Below are positions 1 to 11,277 of a stretch of DNA of 64,000 nt, one piece after another; within the stretch, counting starts at the first letter, position 1; each line of letters starts with the position of its first letter. The DNA comes from Lingula anatina (lineage: Eukaryota > Animalia > Brachiopoda), in contig CM120646.1 in the NCBI GenBank assembly GCA_051362555.1, positions 5,456,001-5,520,000 on the forward strand. Reading direction: 5' to 3'. A program made the position numbers and the translations under genes. The notes beneath the pieces were generated by a model. It was given only the letters and a program-made list of their open reading frames with translations, made no database searches and was not told where the DNA came from.

Positions 1-29
1 TCTTATTATGACTTGTTGCATAATTGTAG

Positions 30-227
30 GAATCGTGGTACGAGGATCAGAAAATGTTTTGCGGGACAACTTGGTGGTCAAAGCCATTAACCAGGACAAG
101 TGGCTGAACACTGGACAAGCACAGATCATGATTTATGAAGGCGGAATTGAAGTCGATATGGCAGAAAAAGTTGTTGTCACTGGCAACCATGTTGCTGGGG
201 CGGAGAGAACGGCCTTCAAAATACGAG
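30..227 (+). CDS. PKHD1L1: PKHD1L1 exon (beta-helix region)
   Basis: tgtag|GA...CGAG|gtgag; IVVRGSENVLRDNLV...GNHVAGAERTAFKIRG. Confidence 0.85.
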
Positions 228-1695
228 GTGAGAGGCGAATATTTGGGGGTTTTTAATGAGCAGGTGCATTTTGAATAAAATGTTTATAAAATTTGCTTTG
301 GAATTTTAGTGAATTTCTTTTCGAAAAGTTCTGCCTTAATGTTAGAAAAACCTCACGCAGCATGGAAATAAATTGGAATTTTAAAACACTTCACTTGTTC
401 CAATATTTTGTTTTCATGATATATTTATAAATTCTCACAAAATGTGCTTTTAGACATACATCTTGAATCAAGAATTTTGATTCTTAATTGCTAACAAGAC
501 ACTGTTCAAAGAAAGATTATAAATTTATTAATATTTTCACATCTATTGAGTAATTCTTGTACTTCTCATCATCATTGCACCTTACAAAAATTTTACCATT
601 ACTCAGGCGAGACCTGTCCTCACCAAGAAAATGGCGTTGAACCTTTTGCTGGCAACGTGGCGCACTCTACACTGCTGGGCGTAGACGTCTTCTACCAAAC
701 ACAAACATGCTCTGACGTGGACTGCGTCAAAATCTCAAACTTCTTTATCTACAAAGCCTGGGACTTTGGGGTCTATCACCAAACAGCATGTGATATTGAA
801 GCCTCAGGTATGGACTTGGCAAATTATTTATATCAATTTGTTTTTATCAATTTTTCCTTTTTCTTTTGCTTTCTATGTTCATATTGCATTGTAAAGTCTA
901 CTGAGCATAATTGAATTTTAGACTCTAAATAAATATTATTTTTGTTGTATTTGTGCCATAAATTCAAAAATGAAAGATTGACATTATACCAACCCTTTTT
1001 TTAAATTTCATCAATTTATTTATCATGCAGGATTGGTGATTGTGGACAGTTCCTTTGGGTTCTTCCCTCTGGTTATAACTCCCAGTGCTACTGGCCACGC
1101 CTACAAGTTCCACTACGCCAATCTGAGCAATTCCACCTTTGTGGGCAACAGTCCCATATTCGACTGCAATGACAAAATGGACGGCAGTGACCCGAACATG
1201 GCTTTCACTGGCAACAGTCGCAGTATAGGACAGAGCAAGGGCTCGGGGACCATGAGTACTGTAGGTAAGGTGGATTCTGGACAGATTCTTTGTGATGTAA
1301 AAGTATGTCTCTGTTTATCATTAAAGAGGCATACAAAGTCAATTTTTTGTCACAAACACCGACCAAATGCCAGCATATAGTTTCAAGTAGTATAACTGAG
1401 AGAATTACCCAAAGGCACTGTTTAATTTTACCCGAAAATGATGTTTGAAAGGATTTTTCTGCTAGCATTCTATGCTGTATGTCAATGGGGCAGAAAAGTA
1501 GGTCACAAAAGTAGGTTAAATTTCTGACCTAAAATTTAAAGAAAGGAGCAGTCTAAAGCTCTTTTATGGCTGATCAAGTGATCTTTTCAATTTATCCTGT
1601 GGAATGTCAAATTTATTTGAGTCGTGTAAGAAATTAGTAGAAGTAGTTTACCACCTATGCTCGGTTCATGTGTACCTTTAAGTTAAACTTGACCG

Positions 1696-1784
<89 letters not shown>

Positions 1785-3774
1785 GTGGAAACCTATCTGA
1801 ACTTAATTTTGTGTTTTTGCATAGGAGTCAGTTGGCCTGGTTTTTATTCTGGACCTAATAAAGCACCGGGAAAACCATTTGCTGGAATAATGACCTATCC
1901 CGCCATTGCTGGGGTCCTGAATATGAAAGGTTGGTTCTGAATTTTTGAACACGGAGAGAATCATCTTCAAATATTTTGTTTTTTGCACAGGTGTCAGTTG
2001 GCCTGGGTTTTATTCTGGGAGTAATGCTGCTCCTGGAAAACCATTTGTAGGAATAAAGACATATCCTGCAATTGCTGGAGTCTTGAATATGAAAGGTTGG
2101 TTTTTTAAGTGCTGAGTTTGACACAATAAGTTTGACACATCGAAAATGCAACTTCAGTCATTGTATTATTGTGAGAGCATCTTACCAAGTAGTCCACTGA
2201 AAATGGGAGACTTCTTTAGATGATTTAGGAGTCGGACCTTTTTTAAACAGTGTCAAAATATGTTGTGTTTTATTATATTTGATAAATGTTCATCTGAAAA
2301 AGCAGTACGTCCACTTAATTCAGCTGTGTCTTAGAAGTGTCTTAGAAGTGTTTTATAAGTGTTTTGAACGCCAATAATTCCAGGCAACCATTTTGCCCAC
2401 TACAAGTCGGTGTGTACGTCCAAGAGAAGTTTTGCAGTGGGAGACAACCCTGGAAACGCTGACGCCTTGCACCCCATCAGTGCCTCTGGCACCTCCTTTG
2501 AGGATGTTGAAGAAGACAGCAAAGTTTTTATCCATAGATCAAATTTGGGGTTAGTGTTATGGGTTTTATTTTATTTTGTATTTTTATATGAACTATTTCT
2601 GGCAGATTCATTCTTATATACATATAATTACATTTTATAAACATTGAAATTTTTTCCATTGAATTTAATGATTATCTGTGAAAGAGCTGTAACATGCCAA
2701 AGCATAAGACTTGTATTTTGCAAATTCATAAACAGTTGTCTTCTTGACATTTAAGTCCATTTTTCTCAAAACATTTAAAACTGCAGCTTTTTAATTCTCA
2801 CTGATTCCTACGCTCCCTTCTAATTTTAGGTTTTGTATTTGTTGACTTAAATAACGTAAATACTTGTGTCTTTGTAGCAAAGTCAATCCTTCAGACTGCG
2901 TTGACATGGAATGTGACGCACAGAAAAAAGCCATGATGCGCGACGAGGACAACACCTTCCTAGCAGGCACGGGGCCCGCGGCCATCATCCCGGACTCTGC
3001 ATTTGAGTGGAACGGCGACCGGCGCAGAGGACTGGGAGACTACCGCATCCCTAAGACTCTTTTGACTGAGCTTGATGGAACTAGAATTCCCGTAGCGAAC
3101 ATAGCACCATACAAAGGTAGGGGCATTTGTAATGGCAGGTATTTTTTCACCATGACAAATGATAATTATGAGGGTTGTTCATAAGATCCAAGTTTCTCAG
3201 AACCAATGCATTATTGGATCAGTTTGTGAAACGTCTATTACAGTAACGGGAAGCAGCAGAGTGGAGAGAAGTAACCTAAAAGAGTGAATTCTTTTGTAAA
3301 AAAATCAACTAATATTACTATATGTTTTAACTATCTACCGTTTTTTACCCGTTTGAAATCGCTAACAGATTTGAACTGTTATTGGTGGATAACAATGGTC
3401 TTTAAATATTTGCTATGATTTTCTAGGTATCATCGGAACCAGCACCTCCTCTTGTACATGGAAAGCAGCCTGGCAGGCTTATGCATGCCACGGACTGGAC
3501 TACGAGATGCTGATCATCGAAAGTCTGGACGCAGACACAGAGCTGCGTCGCCTTTCACCTGTGGCCATCTTGGGTGACCAGCACATCGATCTGATCAACG
3601 GCCCTCAGGATCACGGCTGGTGTGCTGGTTATACCTGCCAGAAGAGGCTGTCCACATTCAATGCCATTGTAGCCACAGGTGAACCATGTTCATAACTTTT
3701 GAAGATTTTTTTTCTAGTGAAGATATTTTAGAATTGTGTATCATGTGTCAATATAGGATTTAAGAAAGGAATAT

Positions 3775-3833
<59 letters not shown>

Positions 3834-6800
3834 TTGAATAGGGTGTATGTTGGCTAGGGGAAATTTTTGTAGCACAAATGAAAATCCTTACTATCAGCTG
3901 TCTCAGGCAAAACTTTTTGATTCCATTTTGAGGTAGCAATGGCAAAATAACTTTTTTCGTCATAAATTCAAAAAAGCAATAATGTTAAAACTTCTGATGT
4001 CTGTAAGTTACTTTGGTTTATTCATCTATTCAGGCAAACATTTTGAGATGCATTACACCAGCACGAGTCCTCAGAAGTCGCGCTTCTTCTTGCTGAATGC
4101 CAACGAGACGCAGGCTGTGAGGTTGGCTGTCTGGTATGCTAATCCTCAAAGGTAAGATGCAATTTACACTCTTGGTCACACGGTGACTTGTAGGCCCATG
4201 AGGCTGGGTGATGTACTCATATCACATGTCATGTTAATAAATAAATACTACTAATACTACTACTTATAGTCCTACTGTGGGGACACAGGAACAGTTTTCT
4301 ACACTCTTGTGTAGCGTTCTCTTTGAATGAAGAGCAAAATCAGGCATATAGGCAGGGGTGGTCCAGGGAGTTCAAAATTAAGTACCACCCCTTAGGCCAG
4401 AAAAAGTTCATTTTTCCAGAAAAAAGCCACTCCCCCAATTAAATCACTGGCAACAGGCCTGAGAATGATCTCTTGATTGTTGCATATATATATCAACACG
4501 ATAAAACAAATCAGATAACAAAGAAAAAAAAAATTGGTACTAACTTTGAAAGCTACTGTTTTGAAATAACGATAAGATGTAATTAAATGAAAAGGTAAGT
4601 GACATTTTGTTGTATAAACCATACTTTCATTTTTGCCTTCAGGTTGGTCGTGAAAGTCAATGGTCAATATATTAATGCCAAAAATATCGACTATGACAAG
4701 AACAACAGGGAAATATTTAAAGCTCCATCATTTGAAGGTGAATTTTGGCCCGATATTGCCAATGATCCTACTGGCGCCAATTTCTTTGACCGTGACACTG
4801 GCCTGCTGTACTTCCTAGTGCGCGGCAGCACACCTGTCTCCATTGACACTCTCCCAACAATCAATGTGGCTTTCAACATGCCTGCCCTCACTGTGGACGA
4901 ATTCTTTGGGGAGAATATCATCAACAATCTGGCGGCATTCTTGGATATCCCCAAAGACAAGATACGTATTGTCAAAATTGTACGCAGCACGGATGGTTCT
5001 CGCAAGAAGAGAGCTACTGGTGAGGAAACTTTTACACTTAACATGAATTGAGAAATATATTATTGATTAATTTTAGACACAACAATCCCTTTTTTGACAC
5101 AGAGTCAAATTCCAAAATTTTTGTTACTTCAGCATTTTCTGTGTATAGCTCATAAAAATTAATTGTGGAAACTAATAAATTGAATTACATTGTTCAAATT
5201 TATTGAGAAATTATCAGAATATGTATTCTCTGATTTGTGCTCCCTTTAATCAATGTTTTTAATGGCACCATTATTATGATTCAGGCACTATGAAGGTGGA
5301 GATAGAAATTGGCAACTTGCCCAGTAACGGATCCGTCACCGACAACTCCACGACAACCAACCCAGGCGATCTAGACTTCGCAACCCTGCAGAACGTCACC
5401 GCCAAAATCTACGACGCCACTCAGCTTGGAACCCTGTCCACCGCCATGAACGTGACTGTTCTGGATGTCAGCATTGTGGAGCCGGCACCATCGCCCTCAG
5501 ACCCCGCCTGGGCCGAGGTGGCCAATCAGACATCCCCGACTGTGGTGATTACTGTCCCCACTACGTTATCAATCAGCACTCAACCTGTAGGGGGAATGGA
5601 GGGCAGCAACCTCACCCAGGCTCCTATACTGCAGATGTATGATAACACTGTAAGTGCCATTGCTAGTGTACTCTTTCTGTTTTGATCATTGTGTTTGAAA
5701 AGGGGGATACATTTTTTTTGCCTTTGTTGGTTTGTTAGTGAGAAACAACTTGGAAAGTTTTGGGTGGAATTTGAGCAAATTTTCAGCACAGCAAGGTAAG
5801 AAAAGGGCTGACATAGAATAGAGTAGATTTTTGAACTGGTGCATTTATTAATTAATTAGGTAATTGATAAATAATAATGAAAAATTGAGCTGCCTTGGCA
5901 AAGTCTGTGCTCTTTTATTGCTTATCTAGTTATATGTATGTGTATATATAATTAACCTAGTAACAGATATAAAGGTTATTTTAACTTCTGCATTTTGCAT
6001 TTTTATTTAGTTACCAACTTTCAGTTTGTTTTCCAAGACCCACTGAGTAAAAAGGTACTCCATGAAGTGACCCGGCCCATGTTTACATTGCCAGTATAAA
6101 TCTCAACTGTGGTGAACAAAGCTAACTGTGGTATAACATTCTGTCTTCAGGGGACTCTTGTCACCAGTCTGGGGTCCACAGCCAACCCTTGGGAAGTGAC
6201 TGCCACCATTCGTGCTGGAACTGGCCACGCCTCGGCACAATTGAGCGGCGTCACCAAAGTGCAGTATAAAGATGGAATGGCGGACTTCTCAGGTCTCCAG
6301 GTCACACATGCAGGCAGTGGGTACATCTTGGATTTCACCTTCACCAAACCTGCAGAGGCCTCTGGCTTCAGTGTGTCATCCTCGACGTTTGACGTGAGTG
6401 CCATCCCCCTAGCAGCCATTGTAACATCGGTGGATCGTAATGCCACAGTGGGGGCGCCACTGTCTGCTGTTGTTCAGATTGTTGTCAATGGAACCAACGC
6501 TGTTCCAGATGACATATCGTGGAAGGTAGGTTTGGAATTATTTTTATTTTCTTGTTTTTTGTGGTTTCCTTGACTTGACATTTTTTAAAGGCCTACTTTG
6601 TTGAAAAATATCCCGTAAACGCGAGAATGAAAACATCTGAAAAAATTGATGATGTACCTGGTGTGCATCCATCTATGGTAACAAGTAAAAACTTTAACTA
6701 AGTATTGTTATCTTGCATTATCAAATGTTACCATATTTACAATGAAAACGAATCAGTTTTTTTCTTTTAATTTTTGATTACAACATGCTAACATACATAT

Positions 6801-8562
6801 TTCTCCACAGGGTCACACCTGGACTGCCACAGCCTCCCTGTACTCCCTCACAGCAAGTGGCGCCACCTTGTCTGGTGTTACCACGGCAACCTTTAACGCC
6901 TCCAACCAGGGCCAGGCGACGTTCTCCGATCTCCGTATCTCCCACACTGCCACCTATCCTAAGAGGTACTTCATTCAGTTTGACGTGACCACCTCGCCGG
7001 CCGACTACAACTTACAGGCGGTGTCGAGCTATGTTGAGGTGCAGCCATCAGGTTATGTGGCGCCCACAGAGGAGGTCAGCCATACTGGACAATGGACTTT
7101 CCAGGCAGATTATGACGCAGTGGTGGCTGGGAAGGAGGAATACATGAAGGGAACTATCTGGAACTTCTTGATGGGCCAGTACACCAACGCCACCTTTAGG
7201 GACATTACTGTTGCCAAAGGTAAGGCTAGATCTGCTTGGGGGAAGTATACATCAATTAATGCAAGAGAAAGAGATAAATATTTAGCTCTTACAGAGGAAT
7301 GTTTTGATCATTATTTTTGAACTTGGAAATTCAATTTGAAAGACAACATTAAGCAAAGGTAACCTATCTTTTTAAGCCAACAGTAACTTATGAATTTGAA
7401 GCCTTTAAAGAGAGGTACTCATTCTTGCGTATTATTTGTTTTTCAGGAAGCATCATTGTGTCATTTGTGATCTATGGAGGCCAAGCAGAGGTCAACGACA
7501 CTTTGTTCAAGATGTACGATGACCTGCTGACGGGCGTGACCTTGACCTTTAACGGACAGCAGATCACAGCAGAGCCCTCTATGTTGCTGGACTCTGTGGC
7601 CTACTACGGATCAGTTGGACCTCCGACAGTAAGCTTTGCTGCACTCCTTTAACTGTTGTTGTTTCAATTTTATCATATTCAAGGGCAATTTTGAGATTGC
7701 AATAATAAAAGTAATTTTTGGAAGTGTATATGAAATATATCACAATTAATGAATCAGCATGGATGAAAGTTTCAGGATTGTGCCTGATTTCAGGATTTTC
7801 AATCTTCTTTTTGATCATTTTTTTCATATGGTCTAAAAGCATCAAGAAATTACAAGCTATGTTTTGGGGCTTTTCGGTTTTTACAACTTTCACCCATGCA
7901 TCAGTTGAAGTTTGCTTTAACTAAATGTGAAAGACGGCAAAAATTCTCAAGTTTATAATTCTATAGTGCACGTAATTGCTCTATTTCAGTCTGAACCAGG
8001 TCTTGCCCCAACTGGCCTTCCTCTGTATGTCATTATAGTGATAGTTATTGTTGCCATCCTCCTCACTGTGCTGTTTGTTGGAATCGTGGTTTGGAAGCTT
8101 ATTTCAAGTAAGTATTTGTAAAGATCACCTTCCTGCTTAGTCTTTGACAAATGGTGGAAAAATATGTTCAGTCTGTTTAGAAACAATTTATTTTATAACT
8201 ACCAATGAAAGATTAGCATAAAATTGTATATGTATATGAGAATGTCATGATTCAGTTTGATGGTAAGTCATATGTTTACTGCTTATTTTAATCCAGACAA
8301 GCACAACATGAAGGTGGCTTCCGTAGAAGACATGCGTCACGAGGAGCCAGATGAGCGTGAGATCACACGCAGAACTAGCTACCTTCCGTTGCAGCATCTC
8401 CCTCCGTCCGACAGCCCCATGCATCTGGTGACCAGTCTCCCTCCTGCCTCCACTGCTTGGGCTGTCAAGCCGAAGCTGCCACCGATCAGAGGAAAGAGAC
8501 TTCTTCATGATGAATCTTTGAGACGCAGACCATCCTTGACCTCAGATCATGCTAAAGAGTGA
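30..8562 (+). CDS. PKHD1L1: Fibrocystin-L / PKHD1-like 1, 3' portion of a multi-exon gene (5' part outside the window)
   Basis: Exons 30-227, 607-807, 1031-1264, 1825-1929 and/or 1991-2095, 2384-2549, 2878-3116, 3427-3678, 4034-4151, 4643-5019, 5285-5649, 6151-6525, 6811-7219, 7447-7628, 7990-8107, 8297-8562. All are GT-AG and phase-compatible. Family motifs recognised: KVNPSDCVDMECD, GLGDYRIPK, ESLDADTELRRLSPVA, DLINGPQDHGWCAGYTCQKRLSTF, NLAAFLDIPKDKIRIV..RKKR. Confidence 0.92.
607..807 (+). CDS. PKHD1L1: PKHD1L1 exon
   Basis: ctcag|GC...TCAG|gtatg; NVAHSTLLGV...ISNFFIYKAWDFGVYHQT. Confidence 0.88.
1031..1264 (+). CDS. PKHD1L1: PKHD1L1 exon
   Basis: tgcag|GA...GTAG|gtaag; LSNSTFVGNSPIFDC. 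Confidence 0.85.
1699..1780. repeat. (TA)n microsatellite
   Basis: Perfect TA run just upstream of duplicated exon A. Confidence 0.97.
1825..1929 (+). CDS. PKHD1L1: PKHD1L1 duplicated exon, copy A (105 nt)
   Basis: catag|GA...AAAG|gttgg; VSWPGFYSGPNKAPGKPFAGIMTYPAIAGVLNMK. Confidence 0.85.
1991..2095 (+). CDS. PKHD1L1: PKHD1L1 duplicated exon, copy B (105 nt)
   Basis: cacag|GT...AAAG|gttgg; VSWPGFYSGSNAAPGKPFVGIKTYPAIAGVLNMK. Confidence 0.8.
2384..2549 (+). CDS. PKHD1L1: PKHD1L1 exon
   Basis: tccag|GC...TTGGG|gttag; NPGNADALHPI...KVFIHRSNLG. Confidence 0.88.
2878..3116 (+). CDS. PKHD1L1: PKHD1L1 exon
   Basis: tgtag|C...AAAG|gtagg; KVNPSDCVDMECDAQKK...GLGDYRIPK. Confidence 0.92.
3427..3678 (+). 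CDS. PKHD1L1: PKHD1L1 exon
   Basis: tctag|GT...ACAG|gtgaa; WQAYACHGLDYEMLIIESLDADTELRRLSPVA...GPQDHGWC. Confidence 0.92.
3772..3835. repeat. (TATT)n microsatellite
   Basis: Visible tetranucleotide run. Confidence 0.95.
4034..4151 (+). CDS. PKHD1L1: PKHD1L1 exon
   Basis: ttcag|GC...CAAAG|gtaag; HYTSTSPQKSRFFLLNA...WYANPQR. Confidence 0.88.
4341..4461 (-). mobile_element. Diverged short CAGGC..GCCTG non-autonomous DNA element (related to 28020-28187)
   Basis: Termini caggcatataggc / ggcaacaggcctg; flanks aaaat / agaat resemble a decayed 5-bp TSD. Confidence 0.55.
4643..5019 (+). CDS. PKHD1L1: PKHD1L1 exon (ends in RKKR furin site)
   Basis: ttcag|G...ACTG|gtgag; GANFFDRDTGLLYFLVRG...RKKRAT. 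Confidence 0.9.
5285..5649 (+). CDS. PKHD1L1: PKHD1L1 exon
   Basis: ttcag|GC...CACT|gtaag; VEIEIG...PAPSPSDPAW...TQPVGG. Confidence 0.88.
6151..6525 (+). CDS. PKHD1L1: PKHD1L1 exon (Ig-like beta module)
   Basis: ttcag|GGG...GAAG|gtagg; LSGVTKVQYKDGMADFSGLQVTHAGSGYILDF. Confidence 0.87.
6811..7219 (+). CDS. PKHD1L1: PKHD1L1 exon (second Ig-like module and start of SEA-like module)
   Basis: cacag|GGT...AAAG|gtaag; LSGVTTATFNASNQGQATFSDLRISH...YFIQF. Confidence 0.87.
7447..7628 (+). CDS. PKHD1L1: PKHD1L1 exon (GSIIVSF, SEA-like)
   Basis: ttcag|GA AGC ATC ATT GTG...GACA|gtaag. Confidence 0.85.
7990..8107 (+). CDS. PKHD1L1: PKHD1L1 transmembrane exon
   Basis: ttcag|TCT...TCAA|gtaag; LYVIIVIVIVAILLTVLFVGIVVW hydrophobic helix followed by K. 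Confidence 0.87.
8297..8562 (+). CDS. PKHD1L1: PKHD1L1 terminal coding exon (cytoplasmic tail)
   Basis: tccag|AC AAG...; phase matches the TM exon; coding-like GC content; TGA at 8560-8562. Confidence 0.8.
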
Positions 8563-9635
8563 GGAGATGGGATTGGATGATTGAGCCCTAGGCATTGATT
8601 GGATGAAAATGAAAGGGGCTTGATATTTTTTTATGACATAGGAAGTACTTTCTGCAAACCTGTTGTTGTGATAGACTTTACTGCTATGTGATATTTTAAT
8701 GATAGGACAGTACCTTAATGTCTTATTGTTGCTTGAAGTAAGTGATGAAGTATTTCATATTTTTTATACTGTTGACCCAACGCTGGCGTATATGAGTCAA
8801 ATATGGTTTACATTTGATAAAACATTTTTCTTTATCCTTTTATGTTAATTCCACAGACTTGGTAACATCATAGATGTTCTAATATAAATGTTAATACTGA
8901 TGCCCTATGTATATGACAGTAACTTTAAGTTTTCAACTACAGTGTCCTGGGTATATCTGTATAAGTGAATGATGGTGAAGTTGAGCTTAAAGTGACTAGA
9001 TGTGAAGTTTCTGTAACTTCTTTAGTGGCACAGGAGGCTGAAGAATCTCGGTATGCTTTAAAACAGAATGTAAAACTTTAATCCGTCCTTCATACCTTCT
9101 TTTCTTTGATCTCAATGTGTTTTGCCCAAGCTGATGCCATCTTATCTGACAGAAAATTTGATTTTATATTTACATATATTTACATATGAAAGTAGTTTTA
9201 TTTTTTGGTCTTATTGAGAGCTATGGTTATAGCACTTTAAACACAATACTTGGTTCTTTTAAAAAAAAACAAGAAAGATAAAAAAGACTCAATTTGCATT
9301 AAATAATCACAAAGAGAAAAATTATTTTTTGTTCACTGCTAGTATAGCTATTTACACTTGTTTTGAATGTCATTATTTGCATAGGCATATTTTCAATTTC
9401 ATTGAAAACTTTTGATCCTGTGAACCGGTTACTCAAACTGAACCGCTTTGTTGTGAAGATTTGTATTTTTTCACTTTTGTAATATTTTGTCAGGCTTCAC
9501 ATTTGTAGAAAATACTAAACTGTTTGAGTGTGAGTTGTTTTGTAATACTGACTTGCGTCTTGGACATGGGTCGTAGAGCTTTGTGTTCGCACAACTTTGA
9601 CCCATTCTTACAGCAGTGTTGTATTTTCAGAAATG

Positions 9636-9641
9636 AATAAA
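9636..9641 (+). terminator. Candidate polyadenylation signal of PKHD1L1 (3' UTR ~8563-9660)
   Basis: AATAAA followed by a GT/T-rich stretch. Confidence 0.5.
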
Positions 9642-10399
9642 AACGTAGTGGCTTTTCTGTCTGGATTTGTGTCATTTTGTATCAATGCAGCTGAAATAAG
9701 TTTATAAACAGTATTTAAATGTGCTATGTAAGATTCCCTGCGGGCGGATTTTTTAAAAAAAATTTTGCCTTCATTTCAAGCTCTTGATTTCTGGAAAAGA
9801 CAGAAAAAATTACAATAGGGACTCGCGGGGGTTGGGGGGGGGGGGGGGGGATTTCTCGCAATATGAATATGAAAATACCCACCAGGACTCTCATAATGGG
9901 CATTATCATGAAACAATATCAAACGTTAACATGGTTTCTACAAATTATCTTTTTAAAACGATGATAAGTTTTTCTAAGCACCATACAAGTGCGGCAAGGT
10001 GAAGGTTCACAGAATTTGACTTTGTTGAACTGGAATACTTACGCGAGGACCCTTTTATCTTCTGCCAAACATCAGGTCCCAAAACCATATTTCAAGGGAT
10101 TGCCTGGTGGTTAGAAAAACTTGTACTTAAATGGTTTTTGCAGGCACTCGGCCAGTGATTATAAACCAGCCTTTATTATTATTAATTTAAATATAACTAT
10201 AAATATTAAAAAATAAATGTAGGCCTACCTTTTTGTCCATACTAAATTACTCTGATTTTCTTCAAGAGTTTTTCTCCACGGGAGTGGACATGTGTCACAA
10301 TATTTAGCTATTTTTTCATAAATTGAAGAAGTTGTTAGAGAAGCTGTCGTTACTTATTTATTTATTTATTTTAGCTTTTGAAATAGAATAAAAACGGTA

Positions 10400-10771
10400 A
10401 ATAAAAATGTGCAGCGAAATTAATTGCATTAGTTGCGACAGCAGTTGCGTTATGAAGATACGATTGTGTCGAGATGTTTATAGATGGCGACACTGCCGCT
10501 GCGGACCACATGCATGGCTAGCTGTGCAGAGGGAGAACACAGCCAGAGATCCTGTGGCATTTTACGCTAGTTTAGTAAGTTTGGACCGCTTCCTTGAATG
10601 CTTGATTCACTACGAGTATGATGCAGTTTTAGAAGATTAGTGTGTGTGATTTGCGCTGGATTGTATAGTTTTTAGGGAAATATTAGCCCGTCGTTTGCCG
10701 GCTTCTTGAACTTCTTCGTTCACAAGCACACAACTCAAGTCTGGTAGCATACGAAACCCTGTGTGGGGTAG
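10400..10771 (+). promoter_or_regulatory. Probable Gli promoter and non-coding first exon
   Basis: Local CpG-rich patch against a CpG-poor background; Inr-like ttagtt/gcagtt at ~10430-10446; donor-like G|gtaggt (10768) or AG|gtacgc (10772); first such patch after the PKHD1L1 polyA signal. Confidence 0.5.
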
Positions 10772-11234
10772 GTACGCGGATTTATTGGAAAGAATTGATT
10801 TGCTGTCGTTGTTGGGTTCATCAAGTCATAACGACATGTTATATTTACTGTGTTTTACCAGCTTTTTATCAAAACGTTTTATATTTTTGTTAAATTTTTT
10901 TTCAAATGTAATATTTTTAGACGTCTGTTAACGCTATATTTTTCAAAATTCAACATTGTCTATACCTTCAATAAATATGTCATAATCATTACCTTTATTT
11001 ATTCACTTATTTATTTGTTTATTTGTTCTGGCCTTATGCTGAAGATATAACTTGCCTAGATATAAAAAAGATATAGGTATATCTACTAGTAATTATTTTT
11101 TGCCAATATTACGTTGAAAAGTATGAATAAGAATATTTGTTTCCAGAAAATGTCTAACATTTTAAGAATGTCGTTCAAAAACCTTTAAATTAATCCTTTA
11201 ATTCACCAAGTGTGATATCCCAGTTAGTGACACC

Positions 11235-11237
<3 letters not shown>

Positions 11238-11273
<36 letters not shown>
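11238..11273. repeat. (CT)n microsatellite
   Basis: Visible run. Confidence 0.95.

Positions 11274-11277
<4 letters not shown>

Noticed and set aside
1668-1824. ORF with poly-(IY)
   Set aside because: Translation of a (TA)n microsatellite running into a real exon.
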